From Amoeboradix gromovi X-113 (Eukaryota; Fungi; Sanchytriomycota), in contig JADGIF010000216.1 in assembly GCA_018985225.1 (NCBI GenBank), positions 1 to 14,160 on the forward strand: a stretch of DNA of 14,160 nucleotides, written 5' to 3'. The translations under genes and the position numbers were made by a program. Positions 1 to 8,195 of this stretch are shown in pieces. Within the stretch, counting starts at the first letter, position 1. The number at the start of each line of letters is the position of its first letter. The notes below the pieces were generated by a model, which was given only the letters and a program-made list of their open reading frames with translations, did no database searches and was not told the DNA's origin.

Positions 1-131
1 ATTTATTTTCCTTTTATACTCGTCAACTAGCTGAATGTCCACTCGCCTCTTAAATCCATAAAATTAATAAAGCTGAAATAATGTTCCAAGTTGTTACAGA
101 AAGTTAGTCCAGTTTTTATATTTGATGTTCC
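1..131 (+). mobile_element. Right end (subterminal region + TIR) of Sola-like TIR transposon/MITE, truncated by window edge
   Basis: 1-131 aligns to 7658-7750, which lacks 29 nt and 9 nt relative to this copy. 102-131 (agttagtccagtttttatatttgatgttcc) matches the reverse complement of the left TIR at 7306-7335 at 27/30 positions. Followed by ATTT (132-135), the putative TSD. Confidence 0.8.
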
Positions 132-135
132 ATTT

Positions 136-393
136 GTTGAATGCAATGAAGCATTTACTAGCCAATAGTGTACATGGTGTGCTGCTCTGAAGAAACAAAT
201 TGGAGACAGAACATGCACAAACTGTTATTAGGAAGCGGATAGCGACTACTTGGCAGCAGGGAACATGCTCGTATACGCATTCATACTCAATCCCACCTCA
301 TGGAAATATGGGTAACCACTTAAACTGAATGACCAGGTTTGCCAATTTCTATGTTGAAATTCTTGATTGGTAGAATATCAGGGCTTTAACGAG
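136..393 (+). pseudogene. TnpB/Fanzor2 C-terminal remnant plus element right end (copy 1)
   Basis: Frame from 136 reads VECNEAFTSQ*CTWCAALKKQIGDRTCTNCY*EADSDYLAAGNM, a decayed E-x-[YF]TS-x-x-C-x-x-C...C-x-x-C...DRD-x-x-AA-x-N motif of TnpB/Fanzor2. Homologous to the reverse complement of 6378-6648, including the exact 23-mer gaatgcaatgaagcatttactag. Confidence 0.85.
277..393 (+). ncRNA. Candidate omegaRNA scaffold / right end of Fanzor2 element (copy 1)
   Basis: Conserved with copy 2 up to tttaacgag, then diverges. Terminal stem-loop tcttgat...atcaggg (361-383). The 5' boundary is uncertain. Confidence 0.55.
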
Positions 394-445
394 AAGAGAC
401 CTTTGGATAACAAAATTTCATAAATCTGTTAAATATTTATTTCGT

Positions 446-1889
446 TCAAGCATGTAATCCTACACTCACTTGTGGATATCGTTCAACTAATAAGTTGTAA
501 AACTCCGGATTACTTTGTCTCAACGCTTCAGGATCTTCGGCTAAGCAAACGAATGTTGTAGCAATACCTGCATTGACCACGGTACCCACGTTTTGGAATA
601 TAAATAATCCCATAACGCATGAAATAACCGCCCACAACCATCCCCATGGTCCGCTACTTAATTCGCCGGCAGCCGAGTATATAATGATAGGAATTGCAAA
701 ACAGATTATAAAGACAAAGAATGATCCAACTGCTATTACTCTATCGATTAATATCTCGTTAATAATCACATCCAAGCCTCGTTGTTTTAACAAATTCCAG
801 GTATCCTTAGCAGCAGTGCAATAATCCTTGCCGTATATAGCAACCTGTGTAAATGCGTAATAATTGAAACTAAATTAATGTTAATTACAATTCGATTAAT
901 CCTTCGATGCAACTCACAATGCACTGCAAACAACAAAGTATGAAGTATGCTGCTGGATTATCTGCATTTCGACGAGCATAATCCATAGCTTGTCTTATCA
1001 TCTGTACAATTGTAATGACTAGAGCACCGAAGCAGATGCTACCAAAAGAAGTAGTCATACCACGTTTTAACGAGGCCAGGGTAGGAGAAGAAGGCATATT
1101 ATCACTCAAAAAGTAATAAGTGGCAAACAACCCACATACAACAACATGAACTAAATATCTCATTACATTCATAGCCCAATAGGAACTAAACATTCCATAA
1201 ACAACACAGAATATAAAAGCAGGATTACGCTGATCGACGACAATTGATCCGTCTTTAGCTCTACTAACTGCAAACTTGACAAAGAAGCTCATAAAAGCAG
1301 CACCGCTAAATGCAGACCAAATGAAAGAAACAAAGTCACCCACGATAACAGTGGTGAGTAATGCAGGGTACTTTCTGGTAACTTTAGCAACAGTACTTAG
1401 TAGTGCTGCCAAAAATGGAATTTGAGAACGAATTCCAAACCACATCCAGACCATTAGTCCTAAAAAGATTAGACTAATAACTCCAAAAACAAAATTTCCA
1501 GAGGCAAACATGAAAATAGTGATAATTCCTGTAAAAATGAAATAGAACCAGAAAGAGTATTTGACTAGAGCTTCTGGATGGTTTTGCATTAATTTTAAAT
1601 AAATAAAAGTTAATAGAAAACTAACCACAAACGAGACAATAAGAGAGGCTATTCCGGCACCAGTAAATGGATTTCCAATGTTTATATCACCGCTCTTAGG
1701 ATCATTATCGCTCTCCAATAGCTTCCAATTGGCAGAGGTCAAGGTAAAAATACTCAAGACAACAAAAGCAGCTGAATTAAGTAGAAAGACAACAGCAGCC
1801 CAAAGATCTTGAGCTTTTGGAGCTTGTCCTTGATTTTCTATGATAGAGTTTTCATTCTTCCGCTTTTCACTAACTTGCTGAATTGGCAT
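446..1889 (-). CDS. PNS1: PNS1 / choline transporter-like (CTL/SLC44) membrane protein; join complement(446..869,889..1889), 474 aa
   Basis: Multi-TM protein with QDLWAAVVF and TTSFGSICFGAL motifs. Removing the 19-nt intron restores the family motif IEFFNYYAFTQVAIYGKDYCTAAKDTW and joins the two track ORFs. Start taken as the first ATG (1889); the track start at 1997 is non-ATG. Confidence 0.92.
870..888 (-). other. 19-nt spliceosomal intron GTAATTAACATTAATTTAG (phase 2)
   Basis: GT...AG ends and an in-frame TAA. Excision gives a 1425-nt CDS (multiple of 3) and the continuous conserved motif. Confidence 0.9.
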
Positions 1890-2052
1890 TTGTTTTGAGT
1901 TACTCCTTTCGGATACCAACGTGTATAATAAGCACAAGTGGAACAAGATGCGCGCATGTTGATTTTTATCAATTCTTGTACAACAACAAGCTACCAAATC
2001 TTTTCATAAATGGCTCAATATTTTATTACAATTCAGGGTTTCAAACATATTG

Positions 2053-3969
2053 ATGCCTTCGATTCAAGTGGCTGTTAGAGTGCGCCCATTCAGTCAACAC
2101 GAATTATTACCAGCAAAAAAAGACAATGATCAGTTCTTCCAACCTAAATCAACCGTTCAACCATTAGATGAAAAGGTTATCATTTTCGATCCCAATCTGA
2201 AAAATAAAAATAGTGAAAATCGCTTGGCTCGATTAGCAACCAGCAAAAGATACAATAAAGATATTAAGTACGGATTTGATCGAGTGTTTGATATGAACTC
2301 TACCCAACAACAAATATTCCAGCATTTGTGTCAACCTCTGCTTATGGATGTTATGAATGGCTATCATGCAACCATATTTGCCTATGGTGCTACGGGTGCT
2401 GGTAAAACTTACACTATTACTGGTGTAAAGGAAGACCCAGGTATTATATTTCAGTCATTGGACTATTTATTTGCCAAACTTCCAACCATGCAAAAAGCTT
2501 TCCAAGTTGAAATAAGCTATCTAGAGATTTATAATGAGCAATTACGTGATCTTTTAAAACCGGAAAGTTCTCTTCAACTGCGTGAAAATGGTTCAGCGGT
2601 TATGGTAGCAAATATTTCAAAGCACAGTCCTCAGTCTGCAAATGATGTTATGCAGCTGATTACTATAGGCAATAAACGCAGGTCACAGTCACCTACTGAA
2701 GCGAATGCAAACTCAAGTCGTTCGCACGCTATCCTTCAAGTCACAGTTAAAATGAGAATTATCGGCGAATCAAATTATACCGAATCGATTCTTAGCATTA
2801 TAGATTTGGCAGGTAGTGAAAGAGCTTCTGCTACTGTGAACAAAGGGCAGCAAAGAAGACGCGAAGGTGCCAATATTAATCGCAGTTTACTCGCCTTGGG
2901 TAATTGCATAAATGCGCTTTGTACATCTACTAATAGGCATGTGCCATATAGAGACAGCAAGTTAACTAGACTTCTTAAGCAGTCACTTAGCGGTAACTGC
3001 AAAACTGTCATGATTTGTAATATTTCACCTCATTTGGTGCATTACGAAGAAACTTTAAATACCCTAAAATACGCAAATAGAGCCAAGAACATACAAGTCA
3101 ATCTAGTTAAAAATGTAGTCAATGTCAAATTGCATGTACATAAGTATTTGCAAATGATTGAAGAACTCAAACTGGAAAATAAAAACTTGAAGCTAAATCA
3201 GCAGACCAGTCAGGTAGATCAACAGACTCAGCTACAAACTATACTAACACAGGTGTCAAACAAGGCAGCCTTGATACTAAGCGAGGTGCAGCAAAAACAG
3301 CTGGAAGGGGCTCATATTAGCACTAGACTGCATTCAAGTAGAATAGGCATCGAGTGTATAAGTAAGGTTATTAATTTGCATAACAGTAATGATGATGAAT
3401 ATATAAGGATCAAGCTACTCTGCAATTCTCACGTGGATGAACTGGAGCAATTAAATGGGCTTTTGTTAACTAGACAGGGAATACTAAACGATCAAATAGA
3501 AGGGCTAATGGAACAACTAAATGACCTGGTTGATGTTGATATGGACTACATGACTAGGCATATAGTTACACTGGAGATTGAGAAGATGAAGTCAGTAATG
3601 ACAGCAGATGGATTAAAAATGGAGATGGAGTGCATGGTGAATAATCTGTACACACAAGTTGATCTTATAAGCCATGTGAAAGGAAATGATCTGATCGAAG
3701 CATTAGACTTGCTGAGGAATAACGTTATGGGAATAAAGGAGCGGCCACTACCACGAAGTAAAAGTATGAGCGATTTGAATATACAAAGAGTTGATTCTAA
3801 AGAGGATATTAGACTGGGAAAACATGACATCGCTAGTTCGCCATCCAAGGAAAGTAGAAAAAAGGTGAAATTCAACTTGAAGGATAACATGATAAAGGAG
3901 ATCAGTCCGCGGCGCGGTAATGTATTTCAACGGCTGTTTCCGTCACCTAGTAAGAAGAGGAAAGACTAA
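2053..3969 (+). CDS. KIP3: Kinesin-8 (Kip3/Klp5-6/KIF18-like) motor protein
   Basis: IQVAVRVRPF, FDRVFD, P-loop YGATGAGKT, SPTEANANSSRSHA, IDLAGSERASAT, HVPYRDSKLTRLL, followed by coiled coil. ATG at 2053 (2050 is TTG). Confidence 0.93.
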   Translation: MPSIQVAVRVRPFSQHELLPAKKDNDQFFQPKSTVQPLDEKVIIFDPNLKNKNSENRLARLATSKRYNKDIKYGFDRVFDMNSTQQQIFQHLCQPLLMDVMNGYHATIFAYGATGAGKTYTITGVKEDPGIIFQSLDYLFAKLPTMQKAFQVEISYLEIYNEQLRDLLKPESSLQLRENGSAVMVANISKHSPQSANDVMQLITIGNKRRSQSPTEANANSSRSHAILQVTVKMRIIGESNYTESILSIIDLAGSERASATVNKGQQRRREGANINRSLLALGNCINALCTSTNRHVPYRDSKLTRLLKQSLSGNCKTVMICNISPHLVHYEETLNTLKYANRAKNIQVNLVKNVVNVKLHVHKYLQMIEELKLENKNLKLNQQTSQVDQQTQLQTILTQVSNKAALILSEVQQKQLEGAHISTRLHSSRIGIECISKVINLHNSNDDEYIRIKLLCNSHVDELEQLNGLLLTRQGILNDQIEGLMEQLNDLVDVDMDYMTRHIVTLEIEKMKSVMTADGLKMEMECMVNNLYTQVDLISHVKGNDLIEALDLLRNNVMGIKERPLPRSKSMSDLNIQRVDSKEDIRLGKHDIASSPSKESRKKVKFNLKDNMIKEISPRRGNVFQRLFPSPSKKRKD

Positions 3970-4008
3970 ATAGTAAATCCGGTTGATTTAACAATACCAA
4001 ATTTATTG

Positions 4009-6031
4009 CTAGACTCGTTGCTCCGATTCTTCTAGTAGATTTTCCCTTGAATATGAAATATCTTTTAATCTTGAAAATCTTCTTTTTGTTGGTGATTTAA
4101 TCTCGAGAGCACTGCTGTTATCAGTTGTTTCTGTAAGTTCCGACATGCTCTCTTTGTCATTCTTTTCCTTTATTACGGTATTTTTGTTCTTTTTATTCTT
4201 TTTGTACTGCCAGTATATAAAGTACATCAGAAATACTGCCAAAACAGTAGATACGATAACTATGTAAAGTAAATTGTTTGCCACTTGTCCTCTGAAGCTA
4301 TCGTCTACATTATTTAGAATTACAGCCATTTGAATACTCACATACTCCTAGTTTGCATTTTCCATATCCGCCACCACACAATGTGCCTGTTATCAGCATA
4401 GAATCAAAAGCAGCACATCCACTACTCATCGCACAGTTTAATGAACATTCAGTGGCCGCGTTGTTTATTGAACTTGTACAAGAACCCTTTGACAGAGGAT
4501 ACGCATCCGTACATTGCTTATCAGGTGAAGTACAGTACTTACTGGCACAATGCCCTTCGGGTATTCCGTCATCGCTGCAACTTTCACCATCTTTCACAAA
4601 TTTATCAGGAGGACAATTTGCATCAGTGCCAGAGCAAAATTCATTGTGGTCACACACACCTTCACTCTTTCTGCATACCGTGTTTTTAGACTTCAATTGG
4701 CAGCCACTACAACATCCCTGGTTCTTGTCGCTACAAGTGGAGCCGAGGGTCAGTTTACAATCCTTTGTGCAACATCTATCAGAATCACACAAATCACCGC
4801 AGTCACACTCCTCACCTTCTTCAAGTATGCCATTACCGCAAGTGTTCTTTTGAAATACTTGAAATGAAGTAGTAGTGCTTGATAAACAGGAAAACGAATC
4901 TAATTTTTTACAAACAGTTTCAACAGTACATGGCGAGAAATCATCAGTGGCTACCTTTTGGCTAGGGTTCATTAAGTATTCGCCGTTACAGTCACCGTCG
5001 GAGCTAGATGAACACTGGCAGCATCCGCCCAAAGTAGGAGCCAAGCAATCGTGAATAGCTCCCAAATTATGAGCAATTTCATGGGCCATTACTTTCCAGC
5101 TATTTTTTTGACGGGTGGACACACCAGCACCGCTAAAATACAGATTTCCACTCGCTTTTACACTATCTTTATAGCACATTGCTGATGGCCATGCCAATCC
5201 TACTTTACCATCGCTAGCACACCCACTAAATAAATGCCAAAGAGCTAAATTATCTTTACGACCCCCACGCCATTTAGAGAAATCGCTTACTCTTTGCATT
5301 AGAGAGTAATCGTTTCTGCAAGGAATGTTCCATCTGTCAAATTCCAATGCAGTGTTTTCAACTTCCGATGAAGCACCTACATATGTTTGACTACATGATG
5401 ATCTTATATCTAACTTGCCAACCACAAGTTGGATGTTAAAGAACTTTTTAAACGCAACGTTGGTTTTGGCCAAATTAGACAAAACTTCTTGAGTAACGGT
5501 TTCTATGTTTTCAGATTGCCGAGTTATAGAGCAGTCTACAGCTATTCCAATATCTAAATACTGAGTAACTAATGGACAAGCTGTACTTGCGGTGCCCATT
5601 TGCATTTGTTTGTTTGAAAGAATGTCAAATGAAGCAGCATCAACTGTAGCATTTGTTCCGCATAACAAATTTTCACTTTCTGCCGCATTAGATGTGTCTT
5701 GTTCTATTATGTTGCTATTGATTACAAAATTTTTGTTTTTCTTTTCTAGTTTATAACTTGTCTGATTTAAAGTGAATTCTACAGTTAAGGGTGGGAACTC
5801 TATGCAGCTACTCTCTTTATCAATATAAGCGTGCCCTTGTCCTATCATTCCGTTGTAACTAACAGAAGCAGTAAAGAACCTAGATTGTATTTTAATGGGA
5901 TACGGACTTAGATCAATTTTAAAAATCGTATCATCCAGCAAGTGAAAGGAATACTCAAAACTGGATGATGGGTATATGCAAGGCACCGATATTTGGAAAG
6001 GAATTAAGATTTGATATAGGAGCGAGCTCAT
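4009..6031 (-). CDS. ADAM-family zinc metalloprotease-disintegrin, type I membrane protein; join complement(4009..4304,4324..6031), 667 aa
   Basis: HEIAHNLGAIHD zinc motif, Met-turn YLMNP, disintegrin CGNGILEEGEECDCG and a Cys-rich domain. The TM helix and basic tail lie in exon 2, joined through the 19-nt intron. Confidence 0.92.
4305..4323 (-). other. 19-nt spliceosomal intron GTAATTCTAAATAATGTAG (phase 1)
   Basis: GT...AG ends and an in-frame TAA. Excision gives ...EYSNG-Y-DSFRGQVANNLLYIVIV and a 2004-nt CDS. Confidence 0.88.
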
Positions 6032-6187
6032 GCCTTGAGAAAAATTGAAACAAAATTAAAACGTAACTAAACGTAAAACAATAACAATTTTATGTAGATA
6101 AAAGATGGCACCAATTCAAATAAGACGGACACGCAATTGCTTGCATTCATATGAAGTACCCACACTAGTATGTCGCCTATAATGTAT

Positions 6188-6253
6188 GAGACATCAAATA
6201 CAAAGCTAGACCGATAGTTTGAAACAATGTATTGATTTATTTTCAGTTTATTA
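6188..6253 (-). repeat. Diverged terminal fragment of the Sola-like TIR family
   Basis: gagacatcaaatacaaagctagacc...aacaa...ttattttcagtttatta aligns by eye to the reverse complement of about 65-131. Confidence 0.55.
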
Positions 6254-6377
6254 CACAAGCAGGATGCTGAGCTTTTAATGATATTATTCAGTAAAAGAAT
6301 ACACTATTTCGCTATATGTTTACGAACATTGGGGCAGTAGTTGTAATTTATACTCTAATGCCATTCACCTGCTACTC

Positions 6378-6502
6378 CTCGTTAAAAGTCTTGATTTCCG
6401 AGAAAATCGAGAATTTCCACAGAGAAACTAGCAATACTAGATGCTCCGTTACAGTGATTGCTCACGCTTGCACTACCCTGAGGTGGGATTGAATAAGGAT
6501 GC
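6378..6502 (-). ncRNA. Candidate omegaRNA scaffold / right end (copy 2)
   Basis: Homologous to 277-393. Terminal hairpin tctcgatttt-ctcg-gaaatcaaga just before tttaacgag. Confidence 0.55.
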
Positions 6503-6702
6503 AGATACTTGATGTATATGTTCCTTGCTGCCATATGATCTCTATCTATCTTCAAATGATACTTTGTACAGGTTCAGGTTTCTAAATTGGTTTTCTTTAG
6601 AGTACCACACCTTGTACATGTCTGACTAGTAAATGCTTCATTGCATTCGATTATCGTCTTTCCTCTTTGCTTACACTTGAACTTCAAGCGTTCCTTGAAT
6701 AA
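6382..6702 (-). pseudogene. TnpB/Fanzor2 C-terminal remnant (copy 2)
   Basis: LFKERLKFKCKQRGKTIIECNEAFTSQTCTRCGTLKKTNLET*TCTKYHLKIDRDHMAARNIYIKYLHP...; one internal TGA at 6574-6576. Confidence 0.9.
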
Positions 6703-6825
6703 ATTGTACAGATGTCGCTTCTTGGCGTTGAAAGACATCTAATTCTTCCATGTTTGGACCAGTTACTCAGTGTTGATGAATGTATGCTGCTCCTGCTAGT
6801 TATTTCTTTAGATTTAATTTACCAT
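6703..6825 (-). pseudogene. IS607 TnpA (serine recombinase) N-terminal MerR-like HTH fragment
   Basis: IKSKEITSRSSIHSSTLSNWSKHGRIRCLSTP then (frameshift) KRHLYN, resembling the IS607 TnpA pattern xxTLxxWxxxGxIxxxxTPGGxRxY. Confidence 0.7.
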
Positions 6826-6879
6826 TTGCGAAAAGAATTAAGTATTTGAGCTATTAGAAAAATCTGGAAGTCTTGAAAT

Positions 6880-7305
6880 GATACAAAAATGCATACAGAT
6901 TCGCGATAAATGATTTATTCAAGAAAATAGTCAAGCTGCATGATAAAGAAGCCATCAGGCCATTGCACGATCAGTGATGAACCTACCATAAAAGGAAAGT
7001 AATGCATTCATACTCAAATCCAACAAGACTATTTCAGTGACGCTAAAGCAGTTGTTTCCACACCATTCAAAAAGTATTGTTAAGATGATAAACCAGATGT
7101 TCGAATCTCTACCTGTTTATCAAAAGATGGAGAAAGACTGGCATAGGAAAGGATAGCAGAATTTAAAGGCCTAATTTACAGTTGATAGAACATGGCCACT
7201 CTAAAGCAAGCTACTTAAGTTCTTATATTGAGTGCCTCAACTAACTAAATCACCGATTTTAAGGGCAACTATTCGGAACTATGATACGAGCAGAATATCC
7301 CATGT
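6880..7305 (+). pseudogene. Possible upstream part of the Fanzor1-like gene, heavily decayed
   Basis: Only weak motif-like fragments in different frames but in the expected order (ILKSNKTISVTL; IVKMIN/PDVRISTC; QLIEHGHSKASYLSSYIECL). Contiguous with 7755+ once the MITE is removed. Confidence 0.3.
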
Positions 7306-7750
7306 GGGACACCAAATATAAAAACTAGACTAACTGGTTTTTAAAGGAGGTGCTCCATACGGAGGAAATGCTATCGTTAATAAAAGATCTTCTATTATAC
7401 CAATTTTCTTTCATTGATTGTATTCCCTCTTCAAAATAGAACTAGAGGACCCTGCATCTCGTCCAAATATATGAGGTCTTTGAGCATCTAAGCAAAAGGT
7501 GCATTTTCTTAGACGGTGCTCTTTTCTAGAATCATTTTGTAATGTTGTAATAACATCATTACTCTTATCTATTCTAGTTTTTACAGAGTAATAGTGAATC
7601 AGAGGTTTATTTGAAATAAAGATTGGATGAAAGAGTAAGAGAATAGCTGTACAGGATATTTATTTTCCTTTTATACTCGTCATCCATAAAATTAATAAAG
7701 CTGAAATAATGTTCCAAGTTGTTACAGAAAGTTTTTATATTTGATGTCCC
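7306..7750 (+). mobile_element. 445-bp non-autonomous TIR element (MITE) of the Sola-like family
   Basis: Left TIR gggacaccaaatataaaaact pairs with right TIR agtttttatatttgatgtccc at 20/21 positions. The flanks ATGT and ACTT are each one change from ATTT. 7573-7663 is homologous to 13969-14050. Confidence 0.85.
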
Positions 7751-7754
7751 ACTT

Positions 7755-8081
7755 GTAAACAAAAAGACGGAAGTGATTTACTCTGATGATGACATTAAAG
7801 CGCAATAGAATGAGCCATCGCAATATCGTAGAGAAAAACTAGAGCATTCAATTGGCTGAAAGACTTGGGCTTTGCATATTCCTGAGTTTAGAAAATCCAA
7901 AAATTGCTGCGGCTTTCATAGTTATGGCAAGCATAAGAGCGTTTAGCAATCTTTCGGAGGTCTACGGTTACACAGTGCTTTCTGCTGTGATACAGTCGTT
8001 TATAGAGACGTGAATATGTGTTACAGCAGTTTTCAATTGAAAGCCTAGTGAGAAGCAGTATTAGCCTTGACTAGAAAATAA
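7755..8081 (+). pseudogene. Fanzor1-like RuvC nuclease C-terminal remnant
   Basis: KKTEVIYSD; AFNWLKDLGF (shifted frame); HIPEFRKSKNCCGFH; AFCCDTVVYRDVN; LALTRK* (shifted frame). These follow the Fanzor1 order VxxGD...GFxVxxIDEFRTSxxCxxC...C...xRDxN...RPxxLxR. Several stops and frameshifts. Confidence 0.7.
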
Positions 8082-8195
8082 GAGTAGTTCTTAGTACCGA
8101 ACATTCCCCTTAAGTGAAGGACTTTAGCCTTCGGAGATATTTGTTTAAAAGGTTTTTCCAATTTCGCTTACTCGGAAACTAAAGGGCGGCTATCT
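8082..8195 (+). ncRNA. Candidate Fanzor1 omegaRNA/right-end structure
   Basis: Long imperfect stem ctttag-cc-ttcggag (8122-8136) / ctcggaa-a-ctaaag (8171-8184) just downstream of the inferred stop. Confidence 0.35.

Larger units (their letters stand above)
6378..6825 (-). mobile_element. Internally deleted IS607-type element (TnpA N-terminus + TnpB/Fanzor2 C-terminus + right end), copy 2
   Basis: The TnpA HTH fragment directly abuts the Fanzor2 C-terminal fragment on the same strand. The right end tttaacgag is shared with copy 1. The left end was not defined and lies above 6825. Confidence 0.8.

Noticed and set aside
27-218. 63-aa minus-strand ORF (also 6067-6258 and 12710-12910)
   Set aside because: Short, motif-free, and overlapping TE debris.
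870-888. Alternative explanations for the split ORFs: stop-codon reassignment, frameshifting or sequencing error
   Set aside because: The exons are in different frames, both breaks carry matching 19-nt GT-AG units, and TAA/TAG/TGA terminate genes normally.
2900-2918. GTAATT inside kinesin as a possible mini-intron donor
   Set aside because: No AG at the expected position, and it encodes the conserved GNCINAL motif.
4353-4867. Antisense/overlapping ORFs within ADAM (and similar ones within PNS1, kinesin, SOK1 and the acyl-CoA synthetase)
   Set aside because: Shadow frames of real genes with no recognisable motifs.
7004-7017. 14-mer gcattcatactcaa identical to 277-290 (possible third Fanzor2 end)
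   Set aside because: The flanks do not align, and one 14-mer match is near chance expectation in 14 kb of AT-rich DNA.
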